From: an uncultured Desulfobulbaceae bacterium
GTDB taxonomy: Bacteria > Desulfobacterota > Desulfobulbia > Desulfobulbales > BM004
Direction of reading: 5' to 3'
NCBI GenBank assembly: GCA_945787325.1
Contig: CALZHP010000002.1
Location: forward strand, 51,831 to 115,830
Length of the DNA stretch: 64,000 nucleotides
The notes beneath the pieces were generated by a model, which was not told the origin of the DNA, made no database searches, and worked only from the letters and a program-made list of their open reading frames with translations. The translations under genes and the position numbers were made by a program. This document shows positions 1 through 9,006 of the stretch, piece after piece (the first letter of the stretch is position 1; each line of letters begins with the position of its first letter).

Positions 1-619
1 CACCGACATTATATGCTTTGAATCCTTCAGAAACTTCGCAAAACAGTGTTGCCGTATTTGCTGCGCGGCCCGCTCCTGAGGCGCCCGACTTTGAGTCTAC
101 AACAATGGTGGACGGGTTAATTTTGCCTGCTTTCAGCAGAGGTGCAAGCCCCAATATAACACTGGTCGGGTAACAGCCTGGATTAGCAACAAGGCGGGCA
201 TTCTTAATACTGTTCCGGTATATTTCAGGAAGACCGTAAACCGCCTCGTTCAAATATTTTTTAGCGGTATGAGGCTGGTACCATTTTTCATAGGTACCTG
301 CATCATTAAGGCGGAAGTCGGCGCTCAGGTCCACCACTTTCTTGCCGGCTTCCAGCAAATCGGGGACGATTGCCATAGCAGTTTTATGCGGGACCGCCGT
401 AAAAAAGAAATCGGCCCGTTTTACTAGATCAGAGACAGACAAGTTTTCGCAAATAATATCTGTAATGTTTTTGAGGCTTGGGAAAACAGTGGATAGTGGT
501 TGGCCATCATATTGACGTGATGTTACAACTTTTAAGTCAACATTGGGGCAATTGCTCAGGATTCTGGCAAGTTCTACCCCGGTATAACCTGATACTCCTA
601 TAATGCCAACTTTAATCAT
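1..619 (-). CDS. argC: N-acetyl-gamma-glutamyl-phosphate reductase, 3' end outside window
   Basis: Manual translation from ATG at 619: MIKVGIIGVSGYTGVEL...VVDLSADFRL...VYGLPE...ANPGCYPT...SGASGAGR. Absent from the ORF track because it runs off the window. Confidence 0.96.
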   Translation of the reverse strand, partial: MIKVGIIGVSGYTGVELARILSNCPNVDLKVVTSRQYDGQPLSTVFPSLKNITDIICENLSVSDLVKRADFFFTAVPHKTAMAIVPDLLEAGKKVVDLSADFRLNDAGTYEKWYQPHTAKKYLNEAVYGLPEIYRNSIKNARLVANPGCYPTSVILGLAPLLKAGKINPSTIVVDSKSGASGAGRAANTATLFCEVSEGFKAYNVG

Positions 620-691
620 ATCTTCACCCATTTTTCATTATATAGCTTATAAACTGACCACTCATTTCTCAGCTTGCATATATTGTGCAAC

Positions 692-733
692 AAAAAAAGG
701 GGAAGACAATTCAGCGAATTGTCTTCCCCTTTT
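692..733 (-). terminator. Intrinsic terminator after rpsI
   Basis: Inverted repeat AAAAGGGGAAGACAATT-CAGCG-AATTGTCTTCCCCTTTT with a U-tract on the minus strand. Confidence 0.85.
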
Positions 734-758
734 GAAAATTTCTTGATTGGAGCTGAAA

Positions 759-1154
759 TTATCGTTTTGAGAACTGGAACTTCGCTCTTGCTCCTTTCTG
801 ACCATATTTCTTTCTTTCTTTGCAACGTGGATCCCTGGTAAGCAGGCCTGACTTTTTCAACGAGAGGCGATATTCAGGATCTACTTCAAGGAGCGCCCTG
901 GAAATTCCATGACGGAGCGCTTCAGCCTGGGCAGATTTGCCGCCGCCCCGGAGGGTAGCGATTACATCAAATTTTCCACTGGTCTCGGTTACATAAAAAG
1001 GGGTTTCAATTTTCTGCTGAGCAATACCAGCACCACCGAAATATTCTTCAGGGGTCAGGTTATTTACCTTATATGTCCCTTTACCCGGTGTGATCCAAAC
1101 TCTGGCGACTGCTGTTTTTCTTTTGCCTGTTGCGTAATGTCGGTTGTCTGCCAT
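759..1154 (-). CDS. rpsI: 30S ribosomal protein S9
   Basis: TGKRKTAVARV, GGGKSAQAEALRHGISRAL, ERKKYG..ARAKFQFSKR; follows rplM. Confidence 0.99.
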   Translation of the reverse strand: MADNRHYATGKRKTAVARVWITPGKGTYKVNNLTPEEYFGGAGIAQQKIETPFYVTETSGKFDVIATLRGGGKSAQAEALRHGISRALLEVDPEYRLSLKKSGLLTRDPRCKERKKYGQKGARAKFQFSKR

Positions 1155-1181
1155 TAGCTTTCTCCATCAGCACTGTTGCTG

Positions 1182-1610
1182 TTAAATATCTAGTTTTTCA
1201 GGTTGTTGAGCTTCGTGCGGATGCTCACCGCCTGCATATATTTTAAGTTTTTTCAACTGTTGACGGCCCATGGTGTTTTTGGAGAGCATTCCTTTAACCG
1301 CAAGCCTGAGAAGATTTTCCGGTTTTTTCTCAAGGACTTCCTTAGCGGTTTGTTCTGTAATGCCGCCAATGTAACCGCTATGACGGTAATACATTTTGTT
1401 GTCAAGTTTGGCACCGGTAAGTTTCACTTTCTCGGCGTTAACCACAACAATGAAATCTCCAACATCCATAAAAGGAGAATAGTTTGGTTTATGCTTTCCC
1501 CTTAAAATGGTAGCAATTTCCGAGGCCAGGCGCCCTAGGACTTTACCCTCGGCATCAACGACATACCATTTTTTTTCAATCTCTTTGACCGGGGTATAGT
1601 AAGTCTTCAT
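1182..1610 (-). CDS. rplM: 50S ribosomal protein L13
   Basis: [37 protein letters not shown]. Confidence 0.99.
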   Translation of the reverse strand: MKTYYTPVKEIEKKWYVVDAEGKVLGRLASEIATILRGKHKPNYSPFMDVGDFIVVVNAEKVKLTGAKLDNKMYYRHSGYIGGITEQTAKEVLEKKPENLLRLAVKGMLSKNTMGRQQLKKLKIYAGGEHPHEAQQPEKLDI

Positions 1611-1706
1611 CGTTTGTTATCCTCAACATATATAATGATGTATCAAATGAAATTCTGCTTATTCCTGAAACAGCGCAACTTATAGTGAACAGCTCAATAT
1701 GTCAAC

Positions 1707-1736
1707 AAAAAAGGCCCGATTACAAGTCGAACCTTT
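1707..1736 (-). terminator. Terminator downstream of tRNA-Gly(GCC)
   Basis: Minus strand AAAGGTTCGA-CTTGTAA-TCGGGCCTTT-TTT hairpin with U-tract. Confidence 0.65.
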
Positions 1737-1762
1737 CTCGTGACTTATACGAAATCAATAGG

Positions 1763-1837
1763 TGGAGCGGGAAACGAGATTCGAACTCGCGACTTCAACC
1801 TTGGCAAGGTTACACTCTACCACTGAGTTATTCCCGC
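1763..1837 (-). tRNA. tRNA-Gly (anticodon GCC)
   Basis: Reverse complement GCGGGAATAACTCAGTGGTAGAGTGTAACCTTGCCAAGGTTGAAGTCGCGAGTTCGAATCTCGTTTCCCGCTCCA: cloverleaf, TTCGA T-loop, encoded CCA. Confidence 0.98.
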
Positions 1838-1865
1838 TCGTTTTTTTCTTGTAAAGAAAGGCGCG

Positions 1866-1894
1866 AATATAACGAGCCGGGCAATTATTGTCAA
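1866..1894 (-). promoter_or_regulatory. sigma-70 promoter of tRNA-Gly(GCC)
   Basis: Minus strand TTGACA-N17-TATATT about 30 nt upstream of the tRNA. Confidence 0.7.
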
Positions 1895-2093
1895 CAAAAA
1901 ACATAGCGGAAGCTACTTCTAAAAGTAAGTGATACCAGCATAACGAATATAGAAAAATTAACATATGGCTATTGCCACCAAACCGGGGAAATTGTATAGA
2001 TAGTAATTTGATTGATGCGAGGGTGTATTGATACCCTCTTGTAAGAGTGATTGCTCTCAAAAAGAAATGTAATCAATGCAATTCGGAGAATTC

Positions 2094-2693
2094 ATGGAAT
2101 CTTCAAGTGAAAGAAAGGCGCAGGTCCAGAGAAAAACAAAAGAAACAGACATTAACCTGGCATTGAACCTTGACGGCAGAGGTAAGGCGGACATAGCAAC
2201 CGGTGTTTCATTTATGGACCATATGCTGACGCTTTTTACCGTTCATGGTTTTTTCGACCTGACAATATCCGGAAAAGGAGATGTTGAGGTGGATGACCAT
2301 CATACCGTGGAAGACCTTGGTATTTGCCTTGGCCAGGCACTTAAGTCTGCCCTTGGAGATTTCAGTGGCATCTGTAGATACGGCCACAGTATAATCCCAA
2401 TGGACGAAGCGTTGGCGAGAGTTACAGTCGATATTTCCAATCGCCCCTACCTGAATTACGATGTATCCATTGCAGACCAGAAAGTGGGAAGATTTGATAC
2501 AGCTTTAACCAAGGAGTTCTTACGGGCGTTTTCTTTGCATGGCGGCCTGACTCTTCACGTCGATCTTCTGCATGGTGAAAATACGCATCATATAATTGAG
2601 GCGATTTTCAAAGCAATGGGCCGTGCTATACGGCAAGGATGTACTGTTGATTCCAAGATCAGTGGACCGCTTTCATCAAAAGGATCGCTGTAG
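2094..2693 (+). CDS. hisB: Imidazoleglycerol-phosphate dehydratase
   Basis: RKTKETDI, DDHHTVEDLGI, NTHHIIEAIFKA; start at 2094 after GGAG (ORF track opens at 2076). Confidence 0.97.
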   Translation: MESSSERKAQVQRKTKETDINLALNLDGRGKADIATGVSFMDHMLTLFTVHGFFDLTISGKGDVEVDDHHTVEDLGICLGQALKSALGDFSGICRYGHSIIPMDEALARVTVDISNRPYLNYDVSIADQKVGRFDTALTKEFLRAFSLHGGLTLHVDLLHGENTHHIIEAIFKAMGRAIRQGCTVDSKISGPLSSKGSL

Positions 2694-2728
2694 ATAAAAA
2701 AAATTGCACGAAAAAAGGAGGCCCATTC

Positions 2729-3385
2729 GTGAAAACATTTCCTTCCGTGTCCTGTTTCATTGCCACCATGGCATTAATTTTTACATTGTATGCCTGCGCT
2801 ACTATTACTCCTGGCGATCAAGTCGAAAAGATTGAGGATAATCTTCTGCCAATAAATTCAATTGTAGTAATGCCGGCAGAGATGCTGCTTGATCATGACC
2901 ACAGCGGTCTGGATATTGAAACGCACCAGCTGGAAGAAGGATTGCAGGTGTTTGATGGACTTCTTGCAGAATTTTTTGCAGATGTTGAGGGGGTTACAAT
3001 TTTAACACCCGGAAGAAAAGAGAGTATGGAGGGTGAACTTACCGGCAGCAGGTTGGATGTTGCTAGGGGGATTGGGAAAAAACTTCAGAGTGATGCTGTG
3101 CTTATTACGACAATAAATCGATATTTTCCCAGGAAAGGCACGCAATACTCCATTGATCGCCCCGCATCTGTTGCCTTTGATTACAAGCTTGTTTCTGTTA
3201 AGACAGGTCAGACGTTGTGCGCTGGGGTTTACGATCAGACGCAGCAAACAGTCATGGAGAATATATTTGCGTTACCAAAGGCTTTTGGCAGGGGGTTCAA
3301 GTGGATCAGTGCTGAACAGCTTGCCAGGGAGGGAATTGGAGAAAAATTTAACAAATGTCACTATCTGAAACGCAAAAAAAAATAG
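2729..3385 (+). CDS. Putative lipoprotein of unknown function
   Basis: Hydrophobic signal ending in LYAC lipobox-like motif; AGGAGG RBS before GTG. Confidence 0.7.
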   Translation: MKTFPSVSCFIATMALIFTLYACATITPGDQVEKIEDNLLPINSIVVMPAEMLLDHDHSGLDIETHQLEEGLQVFDGLLAEFFADVEGVTILTPGRKESMEGELTGSRLDVARGIGKKLQSDAVLITTINRYFPRKGTQYSIDRPASVAFDYKLVSVKTGQTLCAGVYDQTQQTVMENIFALPKAFGRGFKWISAEQLAREGIGEKFNKCHYLKRKKK

Positions 3386-3389
3386 GTCT

Positions 3390-4178
3390 ATGAGTGTACT
3401 CTCTAAACCTGTCAATCGCCGGATCGGGCAGGCTATGCATCTTTACAAGATGTTGCAGGACGGCGACCGGGTAATAATCGCTGTCTCCGGTGGCGTAGAC
3501 AGCCTTGTGCTTACCTGGCTTCTCGCCAACTGGAAAAAGAAGGCACCCATTAACTACGAACTGCTGGCCGTTCATATTGATAACGGCTTTGGCGAGCCGG
3601 AGAACAGAACATCTATAAAAGTGGGTGAACAGCTGGAACGGTTGTCTGTGCCCTACCTTGTTGAAGAGACTGATTTCGGGAAAAAAGCTCAGGAAGCTGA
3701 AGATGGCAAAAGCACATGTTATCATTGTGCACGTCAGAGGAGAAATCGGCTGTTTGAACTAGCTCAGGAAAAGGATTTTTCTTCCATTGCTTTCGGTCAT
3801 CACAAGGATGACCTGCTAGAAACCTTTTTCCTTAATCTGCTATACGGGGGTAACTTAAGCACCATGGTGCCGCGGCAGGATCTTTTTGAGGGAAAGATGA
3901 AGATTATCCGGCCTATGGCTTTTATTGATAAAATAGAAGTTCAGGAAATAGCTGCTGCGCTCGATCTTGTTCCCGTGAAGAATCCATGCCCGATGGACAG
4001 CGACTCCAAACGTCAGGATGTAAGAAGTTTGCTCGCATCATTGTATGACAAAAACCCATCACTAAAGGCCAACATTTTTTCTGCACTGAGTAACGTTAGA
4101 GAAGGGTATCTCCTGAAACCCTACACGATGAAGCAAAACCCAGAAAAAGTAATCAATTTTCATGCGGACAGCCCTTGA
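3390..4178 (+). CDS. ttcA: tRNA 2-thiocytidine biosynthesis TtcA-family PP-loop ATPase
   Basis: SGGVDS PP-loop, CYHCARQRR, GHHKDD..ETF, IIRPM, NPCP. Confidence 0.85.
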   Translation: MSVLSKPVNRRIGQAMHLYKMLQDGDRVIIAVSGGVDSLVLTWLLANWKKKAPINYELLAVHIDNGFGEPENRTSIKVGEQLERLSVPYLVEETDFGKKAQEAEDGKSTCYHCARQRRNRLFELAQEKDFSSIAFGHHKDDLLETFFLNLLYGGNLSTMVPRQDLFEGKMKIIRPMAFIDKIEVQEIAAALDLVPVKNPCPMDSDSKRQDVRSLLASLYDKNPSLKANIFSALSNVREGYLLKPYTMKQNPEKVINFHADSP

Positions 4179-5070
4179 ATGTCTGCCGTGTTTTCTTATG
4201 CAGACCCTCCATACAGTCAGGCTCAGTACTTCTGATCCTTCCCTGCAATTCGAGGTAATGGCGCAGGTTTCGCGACTTCTTTCCCGGATCGACCTTGATT
4301 TGTCTCCTCCCGAAAATTCTATTGCCGTATATAATCTAATTGCAGAAATATCAGGTTGTGCAGATCCCTTTGCTGATATCAAAGAAAAAAGCAATGCTTT
4401 TGCTATGAGACTAGTTCCGGAACTGCGCAAGAAGATACAAGCCTCAGAAGATCCGTTGCTGACAGCAGTAAAATTTGCCATTGCCGGTAATATTATTGAT
4501 TATGGATCGCAACAAAAATTTGATGCTCAAAAGGCAGTTGACAATTGTATTGAAAGCAAACTTTCCATAGATGATTATTCCATCTTCCGCGAAGATCTTG
4601 CAGAGGCGGAAACCATTCTGTACCTGGGAGACAATTGTGGGGAAATTATATTTGACGCACTTTTGGCGCAGCTTATTTCTGAGTCCGGCAAAAGCGTAAT
4701 TTTTGCAGTAAAAGATCGCCCGATAATAAATGATGCAGTAATTGAAGACGCGCTTTCATGTGGACTTGGAGAATACTGCGAAGTAATTTCCAATGGTACT
4801 AACTGTCCGGGTACACCGCTTGAAAGTTGCAGCCCAGCTTTTCAGAAAGTGTTTCGAAATGCCGATCTCATTATAAGCAAAGGGCAAGGCAACTTTGAGA
4901 CATTATCAGAAAACCAAGGTCCGATCTATTATATGCTGACTGTAAAGTGTCCTGTAGTGGCCAGCCATATTGCCGGTCATGCCTGCAGAACAAAAAATGT
5001 GGCAGAATTCGTTAAAGGGAATGGAGAGCTGGTATTATACAAAAACAACCTGTTCACATCGTCTTCTTAA
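4162..5070 (+). CDS. DUF89/ARMT1-like damage-control phosphatase
   Basis: N-terminal ECLPC, AIAGNIIDYG, DNCGE, PIINDA, SKGQGNFETL, VKC. Confidence 0.9.
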   Translation: MRTALECLPCFLMQTLHTVRLSTSDPSLQFEVMAQVSRLLSRIDLDLSPPENSIAVYNLIAEISGCADPFADIKEKSNAFAMRLVPELRKKIQASEDPLLTAVKFAIAGNIIDYGSQQKFDAQKAVDNCIESKLSIDDYSIFREDLAEAETILYLGDNCGEIIFDALLAQLISESGKSVIFAVKDRPIINDAVIEDALSCGLGEYCEVISNGTNCPGTPLESCSPAFQKVFRNADLIISKGQGNFETLSENQGPIYYMLTVKCPVVASHIAGHACRTKNVAEFVKGNGELVLYKNNLFTSSS

Positions 5071-5109
5071 TGAATTGATAAGATAAGAAACTGAAATATT
5101 CGGGATAAG

Positions 5110-6342
5110 ATGTCGCTTTTTAATAGTATCGCCATACTGCTGACCCTGGCAGCTGTGCTCAGTTACATAAATTACCGATATATACGTTTGCCTACTACTA
5201 TCGGCTTGATGCTGATAGCGCTTGTTCTTTCCATGGGTTTGGTATGGCTAGGTAAAATGGGTTATGGAATTGGTAAAGATGCTGAGCTGTTTTTGCGGGG
5301 CATTGATTTTGAGGAAACATTACTGCATGGTGTTCTCAGTTTCTTGCTATTTGCTGGGGCATTGCACGTAAATATTAATGATCTTGCAGACCAGAAGAAG
5401 GTTATCGGGCTTCTTGCCACAGCTGGGGTAATAGGTTCCACCTTTATTATCGGTGGAATGGTTTATTTTCTGTTCAGATTTATGGGATTCGATGTACCAA
5501 TGATATTCTGTCTCCTGTTCGGCTCACTTATCTCACCAACTGATCCAATCGCCGTATTGGGAATAATGAAGACCGCCGGCGCTAAAAAAAGTATTGAAAC
5601 AAAAATTGTTGGTGAATCTCTCTTTAACGATGGTGTAGCCGTCGTTGTTTTTCTTGTTTTACTGGAAATTGCTACCGGGCATCAGGATGTCGGTGTAGTA
5701 AAAGTTGTGTCGCTTTTTGCCACTGAAGCAATCGGGGGTCTTTTATTCGGGCTTGCCGCAGGATTCCTAGTATATCGTATGTTGAAGAGTGTCGATAATT
5801 ACCAGGTGGAGGTATTGATCACGCTGGCTCTGGTAACAGGCGGGTATGCCATGGCGGAAAAATTACACATTTCTGCTCCCATAGCGATTGTGGTGGCCGG
5901 CCTGCTTATAGGAAATCATGGTAGAATGCTGGCCATGTCCGATCGTACCCGTGATAATATCGACACTTTCTGGGAACTGATTGATGAAATATTGAACGCT
6001 GTGCTGTTTTTATTGATTGGCCTGGAAGTTCTTGTGATTACCTTTACCACGAAATTTATTCTTGCAGGACTGCTAGTCATCCCCATCGTTCTTCTGTCTC
6101 GCTTTATAAGTGTTAGCATCCCGGTGATGCTGCTCAAACGTTTCCGGTCTTTCAGCCCAAGGATTATCAGGATATTGACCTGGGCGGGGTTGCGAGGAGG
6201 TATATCAGTGGCAATGGCTCTGGCACTGCCAATTAATCCGCACCGGGATATTTTGATCGCCGTTACCTATTCAGTTGTGGTTTTTTCTATTGTCGTTCAG
6301 GGGTTGACGGTCGGAAAGATGTTTGCAGAAAATAAACAGTAA
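5110..6342 (+). CDS. Na+/H+ antiporter, CPA1 (NhaP-like)
   Basis: Multi-TM; SPTDPIAV, GESLFNDG, GLRGGIS motifs. Confidence 0.93.
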   Translation: MSLFNSIAILLTLAAVLSYINYRYIRLPTTIGLMLIALVLSMGLVWLGKMGYGIGKDAELFLRGIDFEETLLHGVLSFLLFAGALHVNINDLADQKKVIGLLATAGVIGSTFIIGGMVYFLFRFMGFDVPMIFCLLFGSLISPTDPIAVLGIMKTAGAKKSIETKIVGESLFNDGVAVVVFLVLLEIATGHQDVGVVKVVSLFATEAIGGLLFGLAAGFLVYRMLKSVDNYQVEVLITLALVTGGYAMAEKLHISAPIAIVVAGLLIGNHGRMLAMSDRTRDNIDTFWELIDEILNAVLFLLIGLEVLVITFTTKFILAGLLVIPIVLLSRFISVSIPVMLLKRFRSFSPRIIRILTWAGLRGGISVAMALALPINPHRDILIAVTYSVVVFSIVVQGLTVGKMFAENKQ

Positions 6343-6371
6343 ACGATAAAATTTGCAAGATATAGTTGTCA

Positions 6372-7145
6372 TTAAATCTGCAATAATTTCCCGGGTTTGT
6401 CTTGCGTACCAATGGATATGTCGGGCTGTCGGATTTCACCGTTTTTTAGGATACCTGTTACTGTCTTGAAGGCAAGATCAGGTCTGTTGTTGGTCTCGCT
6501 TATGTGTGCCAGGACTACGTGGGCAAGCCTATCGTGAACAAGATCTTTCAAAAAAGTTGCAGCGTCTATATTTGCCAGATGGCCTTTATTGCCGCGCACC
6601 CGCTGTTTAAGGAAAGGAGGGTATGGACCGTTATTGAGAATTTCCGGATCGTGATTGCTTTCCAATATAATCCCGTTGCACCCGAAAAGTCGGTGATGCA
6701 TTAGTCGTGAAACAGTACCTGTGTCCGTGCAGTAGCCGATGGAAGACTTACCGTCCGAAACTATAAATCCCACAGGATCAGAAGTGTCGTGAGAAATGGA
6801 AAAGGGGTGGATTTCAAAGTCTTCAAAAGAGAATGAAACACCGGTGGTGAACTCTTCGAAAGAATAAAGGTTTTTAAAGTTTTTACCAGCGGCGGAGTGG
6901 GTTGCCCTGTTCGCGTAAACAGACATTTTCCCTTTTCTTGAAAGTACGGGCACACCCTGGATATGATCGTTGTGTTCATGGGTTACAAGAATTGCAGAGA
7001 GTGAATCAAAGTCTATACCAACAGCTGCAAGTCGTCGCTGGACCTCAATTCCAGAGAACCCGGCATCAATGAGTATAGATGTTTTTCCGGAGGATATGTA
7101 GGTGCAGTTACCCTTGCTGCCGCTGCCAAGTACGCAGAATTTCAT
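6372..7145 (-). CDS. MBL-fold metallohydrolase, YycJ/WalJ-like
   Basis: LGSGSKGN, THEHNDH, TDTG, ESNHD, GHLAN, AHISETNN. Confidence 0.9.
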   Translation of the reverse strand: MKFCVLGSGSKGNCTYISSGKTSILIDAGFSGIEVQRRLAAVGIDFDSLSAILVTHEHNDHIQGVPVLSRKGKMSVYANRATHSAAGKNFKNLYSFEEFTTGVSFSFEDFEIHPFSISHDTSDPVGFIVSDGKSSIGYCTDTGTVSRLMHHRLFGCNGIILESNHDPEILNNGPYPPFLKQRVRGNKGHLANIDAATFLKDLVHDRLAHVVLAHISETNNRPDLAFKTVTGILKNGEIRQPDISIGTQDKPGKLLQI

Positions 7146-7190
7146 GAGATGAAGATTATAAATATATGCAAGATTTTCAGGCGTATCGGC

Positions 7191-7646
7191 TCATATTCCT
7201 GTGTGGCCGAACCCCCCTTCCTGGCGGACGGTTTCATCGAGAGAATCGACAACAGTCAGCTTGGCCCTGTTAACCGGGGCCAGAACAAGCTGGGCAATAC
7301 GATCACCCCGATTAATTGTAAAAGTTTGATTGCCGAGATTTATCAGTCCGATTTTTACTTCTCCCCGGTAATCAGAATCTATGGTTCCAGGCGCGTTGAT
7401 TACCGTGATTCCATGTTTAATAGCCAGACCGCTTCGCGGCCGTACCTGTATTTCATGTCCGGCTGGAATAGCAATAGCAAATCCGGTCGGAACCATTGTT
7501 ATTTCACCGGGTGAAAGGGGGAGGGGTAAGTCAATTGCAGCCGCAACATCCATGCCCGCGGCCTCATCAGAATGGTATAAGGGAAGCGGCAGATCCTTTG
7601 CGGATTTCTGGTTGAGCCAGCAGAAGTTTACCGTTATATGATTCAT
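7191..7646 (-). CDS. dut: dUTP diphosphatase
   Basis: [39 protein letters not shown]. Confidence 0.98.
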   Translation of the reverse strand: MNHITVNFCWLNQKSAKDLPLPLYHSDEAAGMDVAAAIDLPLPLSPGEITMVPTGFAIAIPAGHEIQVRPRSGLAIKHGITVINAPGTIDSDYRGEVKIGLINLGNQTFTINRGDRIAQLVLAPVNRAKLTVVDSLDETVRQEGGFGHTGI

Positions 7647-7714
7647 AACCTTCCCCTCTGTGTCAGTAATAAAATATCGTCTATTTTATTATAGCAATTG
7701 ATAATTACTCAGAA

Positions 7715-8974
7715 TCAGCCTAACTGATTCCAGTCGATTTCGTTGGAACTTAATGGCCCAACCGCGGCCACAGTCAAGTCGTTGTTCTTGAAAACATTTT
7801 CTGCAAGCCTGCAAATATCTTCGTTGTTTACCTTGTTGATTTCCGTAGCTACTTCATCAAGAGAAATATAACGGTTAAATGCCATTTCATTTCTGGCAAT
7901 CCTCGTCATAATTGATTCCATGTTTTCTGCAGACAGGTATAGACCGCCTTTGATGAACTCCTTGGCATTATCTAGTTCTGCTTCCGTGACCGGTTCTGCT
8001 GATATTTTACTGATTTCGCGTTGGATCAATGAAAAAGCCTTATTTACAGCCCCATGATCAATGCCGAGGTATGTGGCCATGTATCCGCTATCCATGTAAG
8101 ATGCAATGTATGAGTAGACTGAATAGGCGAGGCCTCTTTTTTCACGTATTTCCTGGTATACTCTCGAGCTCATATTGCCACCGAATATGGTATTCAGTAA
8201 CAGATAAGCGTAGCGGTCCGGAGAAATATTCGATAATCCGTAAGTGCCTAGGATTATGTGAGTTTGCTCCAGGGGTTTATGATATATGGTTCGTTTAGCC
8301 TGACAGGTTACAGGTACTTCTCTTTTGATGCTATCATCTCCATTGCCACTCATTTTAGAAAATTTGCTCTCGCAAAGTTCCACAAAAGTTTCGTGATCGA
8401 TATTGCCTGCAGCAGCAATCAGGATTTTCTCAGGCTGGTAATGCTGTGCAATATAATCCCGGAGTTTTTTGGAATCCATGGAGGAAATCACTTCTCTTGC
8501 CCCAAGCACTGTTTTCCCCAAGGGGTGCATTCCCCAGAGTTGGGCCGCGAAAAGATCGTGAATGTGGTCATCGGGAATATCTTCCACCATATTTATTTCC
8601 TGGTGGATCACCTGGCATTCCTTGTCTATTTCATCATCGCTCAGTTGAGAGTTAAGGAAAATGTCTGACAATAGTTCAACAAGTTTTGGGAGGTGATTAT
8701 CTAGAACAGTGGCGTAATAGCAAGTGTTTTCCCTGGAGGTGAAGGCATTGGCTGTTCCGCCAAGAGCATCAAACTCCCTGGAAATCTGCTGGGCGGAACG
8801 GTCGGCTGTGCCCTTGAAAAGCATATGTTCCACGAAATGAGCACAACCATTATTGAGATCGTGCTCGTCACGGGATCCTACGTCGACCCAGATTCCGACT
8901 GAGATGATTCTGGAATGAGAAAAGCGCTCGGATACGATCCGAACGCCATTGGAAAGAACAGTTTTATTATACAT
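7715..8974 (-). CDS. M16 family (pitrilysin-like) zinc peptidase
   Basis: HFVEH (HxxEH), NAFTSRE, QEIREKRGLAYSV; usual position after pnp; start moved to MYNKT at 8974. Confidence 0.93.
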   Translation of the reverse strand: MYNKTVLSNGVRIVSERFSHSRIISVGIWVDVGSRDEHDLNNGCAHFVEHMLFKGTADRSAQQISREFDALGGTANAFTSRENTCYYATVLDNHLPKLVELLSDIFLNSQLSDDEIDKECQVIHQEINMVEDIPDDHIHDLFAAQLWGMHPLGKTVLGAREVISSMDSKKLRDYIAQHYQPEKILIAAAGNIDHETFVELCESKFSKMSGNGDDSIKREVPVTCQAKRTIYHKPLEQTHIILGTYGLSNISPDRYAYLLLNTIFGGNMSSRVYQEIREKRGLAYSVYSYIASYMDSGYMATYLGIDHGAVNKAFSLIQREISKISAEPVTEAELDNAKEFIKGGLYLSAENMESIMTRIARNEMAFNRYISLDEVATEINKVNNEDICRLAENVFKNNDLTVAAVGPLSSNEIDWNQLG

Positions 8975-9006
8975 TATTCCTATTATAGGAGTTCCAAGCA
9001 ATAAAA

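Noticed and set aside
1685-2060. Short ORFs overlapping tRNA-Gly(GCC)
   Set aside because: Translations of the tRNA and its promoter region.
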